A stretch of DNA of 64,000 bases from Euzebyales bacterium (lineage in GTDB: Bacteria > Actinomycetota > Nitriliruptoria > Euzebyales > JAHELV01). The notes beneath the pieces are model-generated. The model did not search any database and was not told the origin of the DNA. It worked only from the letters and a program-made list of their open reading frames with translations. A program made the position numbers and the translations under genes. Each line of letters begins with the position of its first letter. The first letter of the stretch is position 1. Location: assembly GCA_035461305.1 (NCBI GenBank), contig DATHVN010000050.1, forward strand, positions 801-64,800, given 5' to 3'. Below, piece after piece: positions 17,697 through 27,883 of this stretch.

Positions 17697-18458
17697 ATGG
17701 ACGAGCTGACGTGGCAGCCAGCGGGCGAGCACCTCGTCGCGGCTCGAGTGGGCACCCTCGCCGTGGTGCGCATCGACCGAGCCGACAAGCTCAACGCTCT
17801 GTCGCCGGCCATGCTGCCCGACCTCGCGGTGGCGATCCGCGGTCACGCGGCCACAGCCGACGGACTGGTGCTCACCGGGACCGGCCGGGCGTTCTCGGCA
17901 GGTGACGACCTGGACGCGACGGCCGACCTCGACCGCGACGGGTTCGAGGCACTGATCGCCGGGTTCCAGGACCTCACGCGCGCGGTGCTCGAGACCGACG
18001 TGCCGGTGATCGCCGCGGTCAACGGCCTGGCCGTGGGCGGTGCCGCCGAGCTCACGCTGGCGTGCGACGCGCGCATCGGCGCGCCGGACGCCTTCCTCCT
18101 GTTTCCCGAGAACAGTCTCGGGCTGACGATCTCGAACGGCTCGACGTACCTGCTGCCGCGCGCCCTGCGTGCGGGGGCGCTCCCGCTGATCCTCGACGGC
18201 GGCCGGATCGAGGCCGACGAGGCGCTGCGCCTCGGCTTGCTCACCGACGTCGCCGACGACCCGCTGGCCGCCGCGATCGCGCGTATGAGACGGTGGACCG
18301 CATCGACCGCCGCGACGCGCTGGCACCTGCGCATGCTGCGTCCGGACCGGGCCGCCGTCGAGGCCGCGATGCGGCGCGAGACCGAGATCGCCCTTGAGGT
18401 GTTCGGCGCCGGCATCGCGACGACGGGTGCCGCGGCGTTCCGCGACCGCGCCCGATGA
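17697..18458 (+). CDS. Enoyl-CoA hydratase/isomerase family protein
   Basis: GTGRAFSAGDDL, AAVNGLAVGGAAELTLACD. Confidence 0.85.
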   Translation: MDELTWQPAGEHLVAARVGTLAVVRIDRADKLNALSPAMLPDLAVAIRGHAATADGLVLTGTGRAFSAGDDLDATADLDRDGFEALIAGFQDLTRAVLETDVPVIAAVNGLAVGGAAELTLACDARIGAPDAFLLFPENSLGLTISNGSTYLLPRALRAGALPLILDGGRIEADEALRLGLLTDVADDPLAAAIARMRRWTASTAATRWHLRMLRPDRAAVEAAMRRETEIALEVFGAGIATTGAAAFRDRAR

Positions 18459-20011
18459 ACGGCCAGGCCAGGCTGCGGCGACCGGTCAACCTCGATTGGG
18501 CGCTGGGCGATCTGGTCGACCACCGCGCGGCCGAGCACGGCGATCGAGTGGCGCTGCGGTCAGGTGACGATGCGGTCGTGTCGTTCGCCTCGCTGTCCAG
18601 CCGTGTGGCTGGCGTCCGCACCCTGCTCGCCGATCAGGGGATGCGGGTCGGCGATCGTGTCGGCCTGGTGATGGCCAACACCCTGGCGTTTCCGATCGCC
18701 TGGTTGGGTGTGGTGTCGGCGGGCATGACAGCCGTCCCGGTCAACAAGCGCTCCGGTCCGGTCGACGCGCGCTACCTGCTGGACCACAGCCGCACCCGCC
18801 TCGTGCTGGCCGACGAGTCGACGCGGCACCTCGTCGCGGCGGCCACCGACGGCATCGAGCAGTCGATCGCGATCGAGGAGGTCGATTGCGACACCTGGCC
18901 CGACGCCGCCGGGACGCCACCACCGACGGCCATCAGCGCGGCCGCGCTGGCCAACATCCAGTACACCTCGGGCACGACCGGGCTCCCCAAGGGCTGCATG
19001 CTCAGCCACCGCTACTGGCAGCAGATCGGGCAGGGCGCCGTCGACCTGCTCGGCCTCAGCGGAGACGACGTCCTGCTGACGGCCCAACCGTTCTCCTACA
19101 TCGACCCGCTGTGGAACACCGTGGCGGCGCTGCGGGTGGGGGCCGAACTCGTCGTCCTTGACGGCTTCCATCCCTCGACCTTCATACGCGACGTCGCCAG
19201 CTTCGGCGTGACGGTCTTCTACTGCCTGGCGACGATGCCGGTGCTGCTGCTGCGTCAGCCGCCCGCGGCGCACGACCGCGCGCACCGCCTGCGGCGCGTG
19301 TCATGCTCGGCGATCCCGCCGGACCTGCACGCCGAGCTGGAGCGGCGCTGGGGCGTGCCCTGGCACGAGGTGTTCGGCATGACCGAGACCGGGCTGAACA
19401 TCGCGGTGCTCGACGACGAGCACGATGAGTTGGTGGGCACGGGCAGCCTGGGCCGGGTGCTGGCCCACTGCGAGGCCCGCGTCGTCGACGCCGACGGCAT
19501 CGACGTGGTGGACGGGGACGAGGGGCAGCTGCTGCTGCGCGGGCTCGGGATGATGGACGGCTACGTCGACGATCCCGAGGCAAGCGCGGCGTTCTTCGCC
19601 GATGGCTGGGCACACACCGGCGACCTGGTCGTCCGTGACCCCGCGGGCCGGCTCACCCTGCGTGGCCGGCACAAGGACACGATCCGGCGGGCGGGGGAGA
19701 ACGTCGCCGCGGCGGAGGTCGAGACGACGCTGGTGACCCATCCCGCCGTGCTGGAGTGCGCGGTGCTGGGCGTGCCCGACGACGTGGTCGGCGAGGAGCT
19801 GCGTGCCGTGGTGGTCACGGCTGCCGACGGCTCGACGACGGCCCGGGAGCTGCATGCCTACCTCGCCGACCGGCTCGCCTGCTTCAAGGTGCCGCGCTAC
19901 TGGGAGTTCCGCGGTGCGCTCCCGCACACGCCGTCCGAGCGCGTGGCCAAGCACCGCGTCGGTCCGCCGAACGGCGACCTGATCGACATGTCCCGACGCG
20001 ACAGCGCCTGA
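18455..20011 (+). CDS. AMP-dependent acyl-CoA synthetase/ligase
   Basis: YTSGTTGLPKG, GDL..RD..G, RHKDTIRRAGENV. It shares an ATGA overlap with the upstream gene. Confidence 0.85.
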   Translation: MNGQARLRRPVNLDWALGDLVDHRAAEHGDRVALRSGDDAVVSFASLSSRVAGVRTLLADQGMRVGDRVGLVMANTLAFPIAWLGVVSAGMTAVPVNKRSGPVDARYLLDHSRTRLVLADESTRHLVAAATDGIEQSIAIEEVDCDTWPDAAGTPPPTAISAAALANIQYTSGTTGLPKGCMLSHRYWQQIGQGAVDLLGLSGDDVLLTAQPFSYIDPLWNTVAALRVGAELVVLDGFHPSTFIRDVASFGVTVFYCLATMPVLLLRQPPAAHDRAHRLRRVSCSAIPPDLHAELERRWGVPWHEVFGMTETGLNIAVLDDEHDELVGTGSLGRVLAHCEARVVDADGIDVVDGDEGQLLLRGLGMMDGYVDDPEASAAFFADGWAHTGDLVVRDPAGRLTLRGRHKDTIRRAGENVAAAEVETTLVTHPAVLECAVLGVPDDVVGEELRAVVVTAADGSTTARELHAYLADRLACFKVPRYWEFRGALPHTPSERVAKHRVGPPNGDLIDMSRRDSA

Positions 20012-20044
20012 CCCGTGCCGCCGCCGCTCGGGTGCGGCCCAGCG

Positions 20045-20575
20045 TCAGCTGCCCTTCGCGCCGTCGATCGCCTCGCGCAGCAGGTCTGCGTGACCGGCGT
20101 GGCGGGCGGTCTCCTCGATCACGTTCAGCAGGATCCATCGCACGTTGACCCGCTGACCCGTGCGCGGCCGGAGGTTGACCGACAGGTCGTCGAGCGAGCC
20201 GACCGACGCCACGGCCTCCCGGCTGCGCTCGCAGGTCCGCTCGTACAGCGCGACCAGCTCCGCGGGATCGTCGTCGGCCGCCGTCCGGAAGTCCCAGTCG
20301 GGATCGGCTTCGCCATCGACGTGGGCGTACCACGGCGCCGGCTCGTCACCGAGCAGCGTGACGCGGCACCAGCCGTACTCGACGACGGCGAGGTGCTTGA
20401 GCAGCGCGGCGAGCGTCAGGTCTGACGCCGCCGTCGTGGCGTTCATCTGCTCGCGGTCGACGCCCTCGACCTTCATGAGGATGGTCGCGCGCTGGTGGTC
20501 GAGGAACTGGGTCAGCTGCGTGCGCTCGTCGGCTGTCTCGTCGGGGGCCCGTCGGTGCATGACAGCACCGTACAC
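20045..20575 (-). CDS. DinB-family (DUF664, mycothiol-transferase-like) protein
   Basis: LTQFLDHQRATILMKVEGV..., IEETARHAGHADLLRE. Confidence 0.8.
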   Translation of the reverse strand: MYGAVMHRRAPDETADERTQLTQFLDHQRATILMKVEGVDREQMNATTAASDLTLAALLKHLAVVEYGWCRVTLLGDEPAPWYAHVDGEADPDWDFRTAADDDPAELVALYERTCERSREAVASVGSLDDLSVNLRPRTGQRVNVRWILLNVIEETARHAGHADLLREAIDGAKGS

Positions 20576-20620
20576 ATCGTCACATCGTCGCGGTCCGTCG
20601 AGTGCCGACGCGCCGCATCG

Positions 20621-20870
20621 TCAGACGTGGGCGTCCGGGTCGGCCCGCGCGATGCAGAACTCGTTGCCCTCGGGGTCGGCGAAGACGGTCCACTCGAACC
20701 CTGGATCTCGTGCCGTTCCAGCTCCTGGCCGCCGAGCTCGACGATCCGGCTGGCCGTCGCGGCCGCGTCGCTGCTGCCGCGAGGTGCAGCCGGTTGCGCC
20801 CGTCGGTCGGGACGGTTGCGTCCTCACGGTCCGCCCATGCGCACCGGGGGGGGGCACATCGGGTCATGCG
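20621..20870 (-). pseudogene. Glyoxalase/VOC-family remnant spread over three frames
   Basis: GRNRLHL (frame of ORF 20580..20867), DAAATASRIVELGGQELERHEI (third frame, read manually), and GFEWTVFADPEGNEFCIA (ORF 20621..20857). There are at least two frameshifts and no convincing N-terminus. Confidence 0.6.
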
Positions 20871-20924
20871 GCCGGTGGTTCAACTGCCTGCGTCCCAGAC
20901 GCCCATCGCGGGCGGCCGGCGTGC

Positions 20925-23150
20925 TCAGGCGCTGGCGGACTGCAGCGCCCGCCACACCCGCTCAGGGTGCAGCGGCATGTCGAGGTGGGTGACGCCATGG
21001 GGGCGCAGCGCGTCGAGCGTGGCGTTGACGATCGCCGGCGGCGCGCCGATGCAGCCGGCCTCTCCAGCGCCCTTCACACCCAGTGGATTCGACGGCGCGG
21101 GGCTGACGAGCCGGTCGGTCGTGAAGTGCGGCAGGTCGGGTGCACACGGCGCGTTGTAGTCGACCAGGCTGGACACCTGCGGCTGGCCGTCGGGGCCGTA
21201 GTGCACCTGCTCGTACAGCGCCTGGCCGATGCCCTGCGCCAGCGAGCCGTGCGTCTGGCCCTCGACGATCGCCGGGTGCAGCACCCGCCCGCAGTCGTCG
21301 ACCGCCACGATCCGCCGCAGCGTGACGAGGCCAGTGGCCAGGTCGACGGCGACGACCGCCGCGTACGCGCCGTACGGGAAGGTCTGCGCCTTGGCCGACC
21401 ACGCCTCGTCGGCGGCCAGCGACACGCCGTCGGCGGCGGCGCGTTCGATGACCTGCGCCAACGTGACGCCGCCGGTGGGGTCGCCGGCCACGCGCACCGC
21501 GTCACCGTTGACGACGAGGTCACGCGCGTTGACCTCGAGCATGGCGCCGGCGACCAGGGTGACGCGCTCACGGACCGCGCCGGCCGTGCGGTGCAGCGCC
21601 GAGCCGGCCAACTGTGCCGAGCGGCTGGCGAACGTGCCCGTGCCCTCGGCGACCGCCGCGGTGTCGCCGGCGATCACCGTGACGTCATCGGGGTCGCCGC
21701 CCAGGACGTCCGCGACGATGCCGCTCCACACGGTCGCGTGGCCCTGCCCGCTGTCGGCGGTGCCCACACGCGCCTCGGGGCCGTCGGCGGTCAGCTCGAC
21801 CCTGGCGTACTCGCTGGAGTCGGGACTGCCGCCGGCGCGCTCGATGAAGACGGCGACCCCGAGGCCGAGCGCGATGCCGCCGGTCGGGCCGTCCCGCTGC
21901 GCCGCACGGACGTCGTCGGCGCCGATGAGCTCGAGCGCGCGGTCCAGCGCGCCGGCGTAGTCGCCGCTGTCGTACAGCGCTCCCGTCCGAGTGCGGTAGG
22001 GCAGCTGCGTGGACCGGATGAGGCTGGCGTGCCGCACGGCCACGGGGTCGACCCCGGCGGCGTGGGCGAAGGCGTCGACGGCCCGCTCGAGGGCGTAGGC
22101 GGCCTCGGGCCTGCCCGCACCGCGGTAGCTGCCGGTGGGTGCGCCGTTGGTCACGACGCTCGTCGTGCGGACCCGCAGCTGCTCGAGGTCGTAGGGACCC
22201 TGCGCGACCCATGCCGACAGCGTCGGGATCAACGCGCCGTTGTGGGGGTAGGCGCCGACGTTGGCGGTGATGTCGATCTCGGCGGCACGCAGACGGCCGG
22301 ACCGCTCACCGGCGAGCCGGATCCGGTGGCGCATCGACCGCCCGTGGGTGCCGCCGAGGAAGTGCTCGGTGCGCGACTCGGTCCAGCCGACCGGCCGACT
22401 GGTGCGCAGCGCGCAGGCGGCGACCACGACGTACTCGGGGAACAGCATGCCCTTCATGCCGAAGGCACCGCCGACGTCAGGCACGATCACCCGCAGGCGG
22501 TCGAGGCCGAGCAGCTGCGACAGCTGCGCCTTCAGGCGGTGAGGCGCCTGGTGCCCGCACCACACGGTCAGCCCGCCCTCGCCGTCGGGCTCGGCCACGA
22601 TGGCCAGCGGCTCGATCGCCAGCGGCGCCAGGCGCTGGTTCTCGACGGTCAGGCCGACGCACACCGGCCAGCGGTCGAGGTCGACGTGGTCGCCCGTCTC
22701 GGTCGTGCCGACGACGTTGTCACCTGCGGCGTCGAACAGCAGCGTGGTGCCCGCCAGCGCGGCGTCGACCCCGACGACCGTCGGCAGCGGGGCGATGTCC
22801 ATGCGCACGAGCCCGGCGGCGTCGACGGCGGCGGCGGGGTCCTCGCTCAGCGCGACCGCGACGGGCTCGCCGACGTAGCGCACGCGATCGGTCGCCAGCG
22901 GCGGTCGCGCCATCGCGGGGTTGTCCAGGTGAGGCACGCGCCCGCGCAACGGGCGCAGATCCAGGTCGGCGGCGGTCAGCACCGAGACTCCCGGCGTCGC
23001 CTTCTCGGCCACGACGGCCTCGACCACGCCGTGCGCGATCGAACTGCGGGCGAACGCGCAGTGGAGCATCCCGTCACGGCGCAGACCCGACACGTAGCGT
23101 CCGCGCCCGGTGACCAGTCGTGGGTCCTCGCGGCGCCCGATCGCGGTCAC
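20925..23150 (-). CDS. Molybdopterin-binding large subunit of the xanthine dehydrogenase / aldehyde oxidase / CO dehydrogenase family
   Basis: 741 aa, with RREDPRLVTGRGRY, VGGAFGMKG and GAGEAG. No adjacent 2Fe-2S or FAD subunit genes are present. GTG 23150 overlaps the upstream stop (GTGA). Confidence 0.85.
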   Translation of the reverse strand: MTAIGRREDPRLVTGRGRYVSGLRRDGMLHCAFARSSIAHGVVEAVVAEKATPGVSVLTAADLDLRPLRGRVPHLDNPAMARPPLATDRVRYVGEPVAVALSEDPAAAVDAAGLVRMDIAPLPTVVGVDAALAGTTLLFDAAGDNVVGTTETGDHVDLDRWPVCVGLTVENQRLAPLAIEPLAIVAEPDGEGGLTVWCGHQAPHRLKAQLSQLLGLDRLRVIVPDVGGAFGMKGMLFPEYVVVAACALRTSRPVGWTESRTEHFLGGTHGRSMRHRIRLAGERSGRLRAAEIDITANVGAYPHNGALIPTLSAWVAQGPYDLEQLRVRTTSVVTNGAPTGSYRGAGRPEAAYALERAVDAFAHAAGVDPVAVRHASLIRSTQLPYRTRTGALYDSGDYAGALDRALELIGADDVRAAQRDGPTGGIALGLGVAVFIERAGGSPDSSEYARVELTADGPEARVGTADSGQGHATVWSGIVADVLGGDPDDVTVIAGDTAAVAEGTGTFASRSAQLAGSALHRTAGAVRERVTLVAGAMLEVNARDLVVNGDAVRVAGDPTGGVTLAQVIERAAADGVSLAADEAWSAKAQTFPYGAYAAVVAVDLATGLVTLRRIVAVDDCGRVLHPAIVEGQTHGSLAQGIGQALYEQVHYGPDGQPQVSSLVDYNAPCAPDLPHFTTDRLVSPAPSNPLGVKGAGEAGCIGAPPAIVNATLDALRPHGVTHLDMPLHPERVWRALQSASA

Positions 23151-24355
23151 CGGGGTACCGCCCCAGCCGGGCCGGTGGCGATGACCCCGGGCGTGGCGGT
23201 GTGCAGCCGCTCGTACCCGGTCGGCGTGACCAGGACCAGCTCGCCGGTCTGCACGCCCGCACGGCCGTCGAGCGTCACCACGTTGGGCTGCACCACGACG
23301 GTCATGCCCGCCGCCAGCGGCTGGTCGGGCAGCGGGGCGTCGGTGTGGCTGCGTGAGGCGACCACCGGTGGCAGGTACCCGCCACCGAAGCCGTGGACCA
23401 CGTCGTCGCAGGTGGTCAGGCCTGCGTCCTCGATCACACCCGCAGCGTCACGCAGCTGCGCCGGCGTCGTCCCGTCGCGGATGATCCCCAGCAGGGCGTC
23501 GCGTGCCGCCTCTGCGATGCCGTGCAGCCGGCGGTGCAGCGGCGACAGCGGGGCATCGACCGTGAACGTCCGTAGGACCTGCCCGGCGTAGCCGTGGAAC
23601 GCGGCGGACAGCTCGACGACGACCACGTCGCCTCGGGCCAGCCTCCTGGCGGTGGGAAACTGGCCCGGAACGCAGCGATGGGGGTCGTCCATGGCGGTGC
23701 TGGCCAGGTAGCAGATGTGCATCGACCCGCCGTGGGTCGCGCACGGGTGCTCGGCGAGCGCGACGGCTTCCTGCTCGGTGATCCCCGGCCGCAGACCGTC
23801 GGTCAGGGCGGAGATGCCGAGGTCACTCAGCCAGGCCCCGGCGCGTAGCCAGGCGACCTCCTCATCGGACTTGACCAGCCGCATGGCGGTGTAGGCGCGG
23901 TCGAGGCCGACGCGGGTCACGCCCGCGGCGTCCAGGCGGTCTGCGGCTGTGTGGGGGAGCGGACCGATGATGCCGACCCGCCCAGCCGGGCCGCGCGTGG
24001 CCAGCTCGGCGAGCACCGTGTCGATCGTCGACCCGCCGGCCCAGCGGACGTCGAGCTCGGTGTGCGCGAGGGTACGGGCCTGCGGGACGTGGTTGCGGAA
24101 CTGGACGTACAGCACGTCGTGACCGGAGTGGTCGAGGACCAGCGCCGCCTCGCGGGTCGTCGGCCACCCGGTCAGCCACCCGATGGCCGTGCCGGCACGG
24201 TGGGCCCCGTACACCACGACGGCGCGCAGGTCGTACGCGTCGAGCAGGCCGGCGATGGCGTCGCGGCGACGCCGACGCTCGGCGTCGGAGAAGCGCGGAG
24301 TCGAGGTGCCCAACAGCGCCGCCACACCGGCCGGTGCCTGCTGTGTGCGACCCAT
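23147..24355 (-). CDS. M24-fold (creatinase/prolidase-like) protein with most canonical metal ligands substituted
   Basis: It has the M24 layout (MRLVKSDEEVAWLR..). The ligand positions read GDVVVVELSAAFHGYAGQVLRTF, HGFGGG and VVQPN instead of D..D, HGxGH and EPG. Confidence 0.75.
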   Translation of the reverse strand: MGRTQQAPAGVAALLGTSTPRFSDAERRRRRDAIAGLLDAYDLRAVVVYGAHRAGTAIGWLTGWPTTREAALVLDHSGHDVLYVQFRNHVPQARTLAHTELDVRWAGGSTIDTVLAELATRGPAGRVGIIGPLPHTAADRLDAAGVTRVGLDRAYTAMRLVKSDEEVAWLRAGAWLSDLGISALTDGLRPGITEQEAVALAEHPCATHGGSMHICYLASTAMDDPHRCVPGQFPTARRLARGDVVVVELSAAFHGYAGQVLRTFTVDAPLSPLHRRLHGIAEAARDALLGIIRDGTTPAQLRDAAGVIEDAGLTTCDDVVHGFGGGYLPPVVASRSHTDAPLPDQPLAAGMTVVVQPNVVTLDGRAGVQTGELVLVTPTGYERLHTATPGVIATGPAGAVPR

Positions 24356-24372
24356 GGCGACCGTTTCGTTGA

Positions 24373-24386
24373 TGCAAACGTTTGTT
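24373..24386. promoter_or_regulatory. LacI-type operator A
   Basis: TGCAAACGTTTGTT, between the divergent M24 (start 24355) and lacI-family (start 24459) genes. Confidence 0.6.
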
Positions 24387-24458
24387 CCCCCGTTATAGCA
24401 GGCAACCGCGCCTCGCGAACCACCAGGTGGAGACGGCTACTTGGTACGATGCGTCGCA

Positions 24459-25481
24459 ATGCTGGGACGTCGGGTGACCTTGCGCGATGTCGCCGATCGG
24501 GCCGGGGTGCACCCGTCCACGGCGTCGCGTGCGATCAACGAGCACACGCGCTCGCTCGTCGACGACAAGACGGTCGAGCGTGTGCTGCAGGCGGCCAACG
24601 ACCTGGGGTACCAGCCCGATTCGCTCGCCCGCGCGCTCAAGACCAACCGGACGCACACGGTCGGCATGCTGCTGCCCGACCTGACCAACCCGCTGTTCCC
24701 GCCGATCGTGCGTGGCATCGAGGACGGACTTGGCGGCGCGCACTACACCGTCATCCTCGGCAACACCGACAACGATCCCGCCAAGGAGCGCACGGTCATC
24801 TCGGCGCTGCTCGGCCGTCGGATCGACGGGCTGATCCTGGCCACGACCGAGCGCGAGCCGTCACCGATCATCGCCAAGCTCATGGACGGCGGCCTGCCGA
24901 CGGTGCTCGTCAACCGCACGATCGACGACCCGAGGGTGCCGTCGGTGCTCGGCGACGACCGCGTCGGCATCGAGTTGGCCGTCGATCATCTGGTCGACCT
25001 CGGCCACACCCGCATCGCGCACGTCGCGGGACCGCAGCGGACCTCGACCGGCCTGCTGCGCCACGACAGCTTCGTCGCGTCGATGCAACGCGCCGGCCTG
25101 CCGGTCAACCGCGACCGCATCGTGTTCGCCGACTGGTTCCGCGAGGCGCCCGGCGCCACGGCGTGCCGGACCCTGCTGGACCGTTGCCCCGACACCACGG
25201 CGATCGTCGCCGCCAACGACCTGATCGCGATCGGCTGCTACGACGTGGCCAACGAGCGCGACCTGCAGATCGGGGTCGACATGTCGGTGGTCGGCTACAA
25301 CGACATGCTGTTCGCAGACAAACTGTGCCCGCCGCTGACGACCATCCGGATCCCGCATTACCAGCTCGGCCTGCGTGCGGCGCAGCTGATCCTGAACCTG
25401 ATCAACGACGCCCACGCTGAGCCCGAGCAGGTACGGCTGACGCCGACGCTCGTGCGGCGCGCGTCGACTGGTCCGGTGTGA
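24459..25481 (+). CDS. LacI-family transcriptional regulator (1)
   Basis: VTLRDVADRAGVHPSTASRAIN (HTH) followed by a periplasmic-binding-fold domain. Confidence 0.9.
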   Translation: MLGRRVTLRDVADRAGVHPSTASRAINEHTRSLVDDKTVERVLQAANDLGYQPDSLARALKTNRTHTVGMLLPDLTNPLFPPIVRGIEDGLGGAHYTVILGNTDNDPAKERTVISALLGRRIDGLILATTEREPSPIIAKLMDGGLPTVLVNRTIDDPRVPSVLGDDRVGIELAVDHLVDLGHTRIAHVAGPQRTSTGLLRHDSFVASMQRAGLPVNRDRIVFADWFREAPGATACRTLLDRCPDTTAIVAANDLIAIGCYDVANERDLQIGVDMSVVGYNDMLFADKLCPPLTTIRIPHYQLGLRAAQLILNLINDAHAEPEQVRLTPTLVRRASTGPV

Positions 25482-26705
25482 TCACGCGCGGGCGCGTGTC
25501 TCGGGGACGCTGACCGCACACCACACTGCCGCCGAGACCAGCAGGCCAGCGATGGCCATCATCGTCGGCGCGGGCCCGAGGCGCTCGAACAGCTGGGTGG
25601 CCACCAGCGGCCCGACGATCAGCCCGACGTCGCCGGTGAAGCGGAAGCGCCCAAGCTGCGGTCCCAGCTCGCCCTCGGCGGCGAGGTCGGCGAGGACGGT
25701 CGCGCCGACGGAGATGCTCCATGACGCCAGGGACATCACGACGATGCCGGCCAGCCACCACGGCACGCCAGGACCGATGACCAGCGCGACGCCGACGGCC
25801 TGCAGCAGCAGGCCGGGCAGCAGCGCCGCACGTCGCGAGACGCGGTCGGCCAGCGTGCCACCGACGAACCCGCCGACCAGGCGGCAGGCACCGCCAACCC
25901 CCAGAGCCACGCCGATCGTCGACACGCCGAGCTGCAACTGGTCCGCACCGATCAGCGGGATCAATGTCTGCGGCATCGCGCCGAGCGTGAAGAACATCGC
26001 GAACGACACCGCCAGCAGTGCCCGGTGCGCTCCCGGACCGGTGTGGATGCGCACCGCATCCGACGGCTCGGCGGTGTCGGGATCGGGTGGGATGCGCACC
26101 CGGGGTCGGCTCCGGTTGCGGCGCCGCAGTACGAGCAGCGCCAGGGCCAGGACCGCACAGGCGCCGGCCGCGACGACCTCGGCCACCCGCCACGACGACG
26201 CGGCTGCGATGCCGCCGGCGGCCAACGGCCCCAACGCCTGCCCCCCAAGCAGCGCGGTCGAGAACACTGCCAGCGCGGTCCCGCGCCGCCGCGTCGGCAC
26301 CGTGACGGAGAACGCGTGCATGCCCGTGGCGTTGGTCACCGCCGACGAGATGCCCAGCGTGAAGGCCGCGACGTAGGCCGCCACGGGCAGCCCCGCGGCT
26401 GCCAGCGCCAGACTACCCACGACCATCAGTGTTGCCGACGCCGACAACAGCGCCGCGGGGTGCACGCGCTCGAGCAGCCTCCCCGCCGGCAGGTCGGTCA
26501 GCAACCGCCCCGCGGCATACATGCTCGTGATGATCCCGAGTTGGGTCGCCGACATCGACAGGTCCCGACCGATCTCGGGGAGCAGGGGCACGCGGAAGAA
26601 TGCCGCCGTCGACAGCACCAGCACCGCTGCGCCGACGCCGGCCAGCAGCGGGTACCGCGATGCGGTGGGGGAACGGGACGGGTCGGTCGTGGTGGGCCGC
26701 GGCAT
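25482..26705 (-). CDS. MFS transporter
   Basis: About 12 predicted hydrophobic segments and a GRLLTDLPAGRLLER MFS loop motif. Confidence 0.85.
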   Translation of the reverse strand: MPRPTTTDPSRSPTASRYPLLAGVGAAVLVLSTAAFFRVPLLPEIGRDLSMSATQLGIITSMYAAGRLLTDLPAGRLLERVHPAALLSASATLMVVGSLALAAAGLPVAAYVAAFTLGISSAVTNATGMHAFSVTVPTRRRGTALAVFSTALLGGQALGPLAAGGIAAASSWRVAEVVAAGACAVLALALLVLRRRNRSRPRVRIPPDPDTAEPSDAVRIHTGPGAHRALLAVSFAMFFTLGAMPQTLIPLIGADQLQLGVSTIGVALGVGGACRLVGGFVGGTLADRVSRRAALLPGLLLQAVGVALVIGPGVPWWLAGIVVMSLASWSISVGATVLADLAAEGELGPQLGRFRFTGDVGLIVGPLVATQLFERLGPAPTMMAIAGLLVSAAVWCAVSVPETRARA

Positions 26706-26717
26706 CTCCCTCTACGC

Positions 26718-26731
26718 TACAAACGATTGCG
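26718..26731. promoter_or_regulatory. LacI-type operator B
   Basis: TACAAACGATTGCG, between the divergent MFS (26705) and amidohydrolase (26776) starts. Confidence 0.55.
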
Positions 26732-26775
26732 CCGCCACGCTCCACGGGAGGTCCCACGCAGATGCAAGGAACGAC

Positions 26776-27780
26776 ATGACCTACGACGTGCACGCGCACT
26801 GCATCCCACCGCGGGTGATCGAGGCGATCCGCGCGGGTGAGGACGATCTCGGCGTGGAGATTGGCGACGACGGCGGGCGCGGACGCCTCTTCGTGGCGGG
26901 GACTCCGGGACGCATGCCGCTGCACCCCGGGTTGGCCGACCTCGACGCCCGCATCGCGGCCATGGACACCGCCGGCGTCACCGTGCAGCTGCTGTCGAGC
27001 TGGATCGACCTGACGGCCTACGCGTTGCCGCCGGACCAGGGCGAGCGACTCGCGCGCCTGTTCAACGCGGCGGTCGCCGAGATGGTGATGGTGACGCCCG
27101 ACCGGTTCCGCGGGCTGTGCACCGTGCCGCTGCAGGCTCCGGAGCGCGCTGCCGCCGTGTTGCGCCAGGCCGTGACGGAGCTAAGCATGGTCGGCGTCGA
27201 GATCGCCACGACCGTCGACGGACGGGAGCTCGACGACCCCGGCCTTGACCCCTTCTGGGCGGCCGCCGCCGAGCTGCGATGCCTCGTCCTGCTGCATCCG
27301 CTGGACTCGCTGGCGGGTCGCGGCGTGCGCCGCCACTTCCTGTCGAACATGGTCGGCAACCCGGCGGAGACCACCATCGCCGTCGGACACGTGGTCTACG
27401 GGGGTGTGCTGCAGCGCTACCCGGAGCTGCGCATTTGCGTCGTGCACGGCGGCGGCTTCGTGCCGTACCAGGCCGGTCGGATCGCGCGGGGGTACGTCGC
27501 GCGTCCGGACCTGACCGCGACCGTGCTGTCAGAGCCGCCTGAGGCGTCGCTGCGGCGCCTGTACTTCGACACCGTGCTCCACGACCCGCAGGCCGTGGCG
27601 GCCCTGGTGGCGTTCGCCGGCGTCGAGCACGTCGTCATGGGCAGCGACTACCCGTTCGAGATGGGCGATCCCGACCCGGTCGGCACGATCGCCAAGGTCC
27701 CGGGCCTGACCGAGGCCGAACGCACCCTGATCCTCCGCGGCAACGTCGAACGCCTGATCAACGACCTGACCATCGCGTGA
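26776..27780 (+). CDS. Amidohydrolase_2 (ACMSD-type metal-dependent decarboxylase/hydrolase) family protein
   Basis: MTYDVHAHCIP.., VVHGGG, GSDYPFE. Confidence 0.85.
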   Translation: MTYDVHAHCIPPRVIEAIRAGEDDLGVEIGDDGGRGRLFVAGTPGRMPLHPGLADLDARIAAMDTAGVTVQLLSSWIDLTAYALPPDQGERLARLFNAAVAEMVMVTPDRFRGLCTVPLQAPERAAAVLRQAVTELSMVGVEIATTVDGRELDDPGLDPFWAAAAELRCLVLLHPLDSLAGRGVRRHFLSNMVGNPAETTIAVGHVVYGGVLQRYPELRICVVHGGGFVPYQAGRIARGYVARPDLTATVLSEPPEASLRRLYFDTVLHDPQAVAALVAFAGVEHVVMGSDYPFEMGDPDPVGTIAKVPGLTEAERTLILRGNVERLINDLTIA

Positions 27781-27849
27781 CCACCCTGCGTCTCTGGCCT
27801 GAGGGCACGGTGGTTGGTCGCTCGCGCGGCAGACCGTACGGAAGATCAA

Positions 27850-27882
27850 CCACCTTGCGTTGCTCGTACGATTGCAAGGTGG
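27850..27882. terminator. Bidirectional terminator hairpin between convergent genes
   Basis: CCACCTTGC (27850-27858) pairs with GCAAGGTGG (27874-27882) across a 15-nt loop. It directly abuts the stop of the 27884 gene. Confidence 0.5.
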
Positions 27883-27883
27883 G

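Noticed and set aside
20160-23591. Very long ORFs antisense to or overlapping confident genes (for example 20160..23591 +, 9308..10960 -, 29433..31505 -, 45594..47642 -, 11177..13855 upstream part)
   Set aside because: Their translations are Arg/Pro/Gly/Ala-rich low-complexity sequence typical of shadow frames in very GC-rich DNA. The opposite or alternative frames carry clear family motifs.
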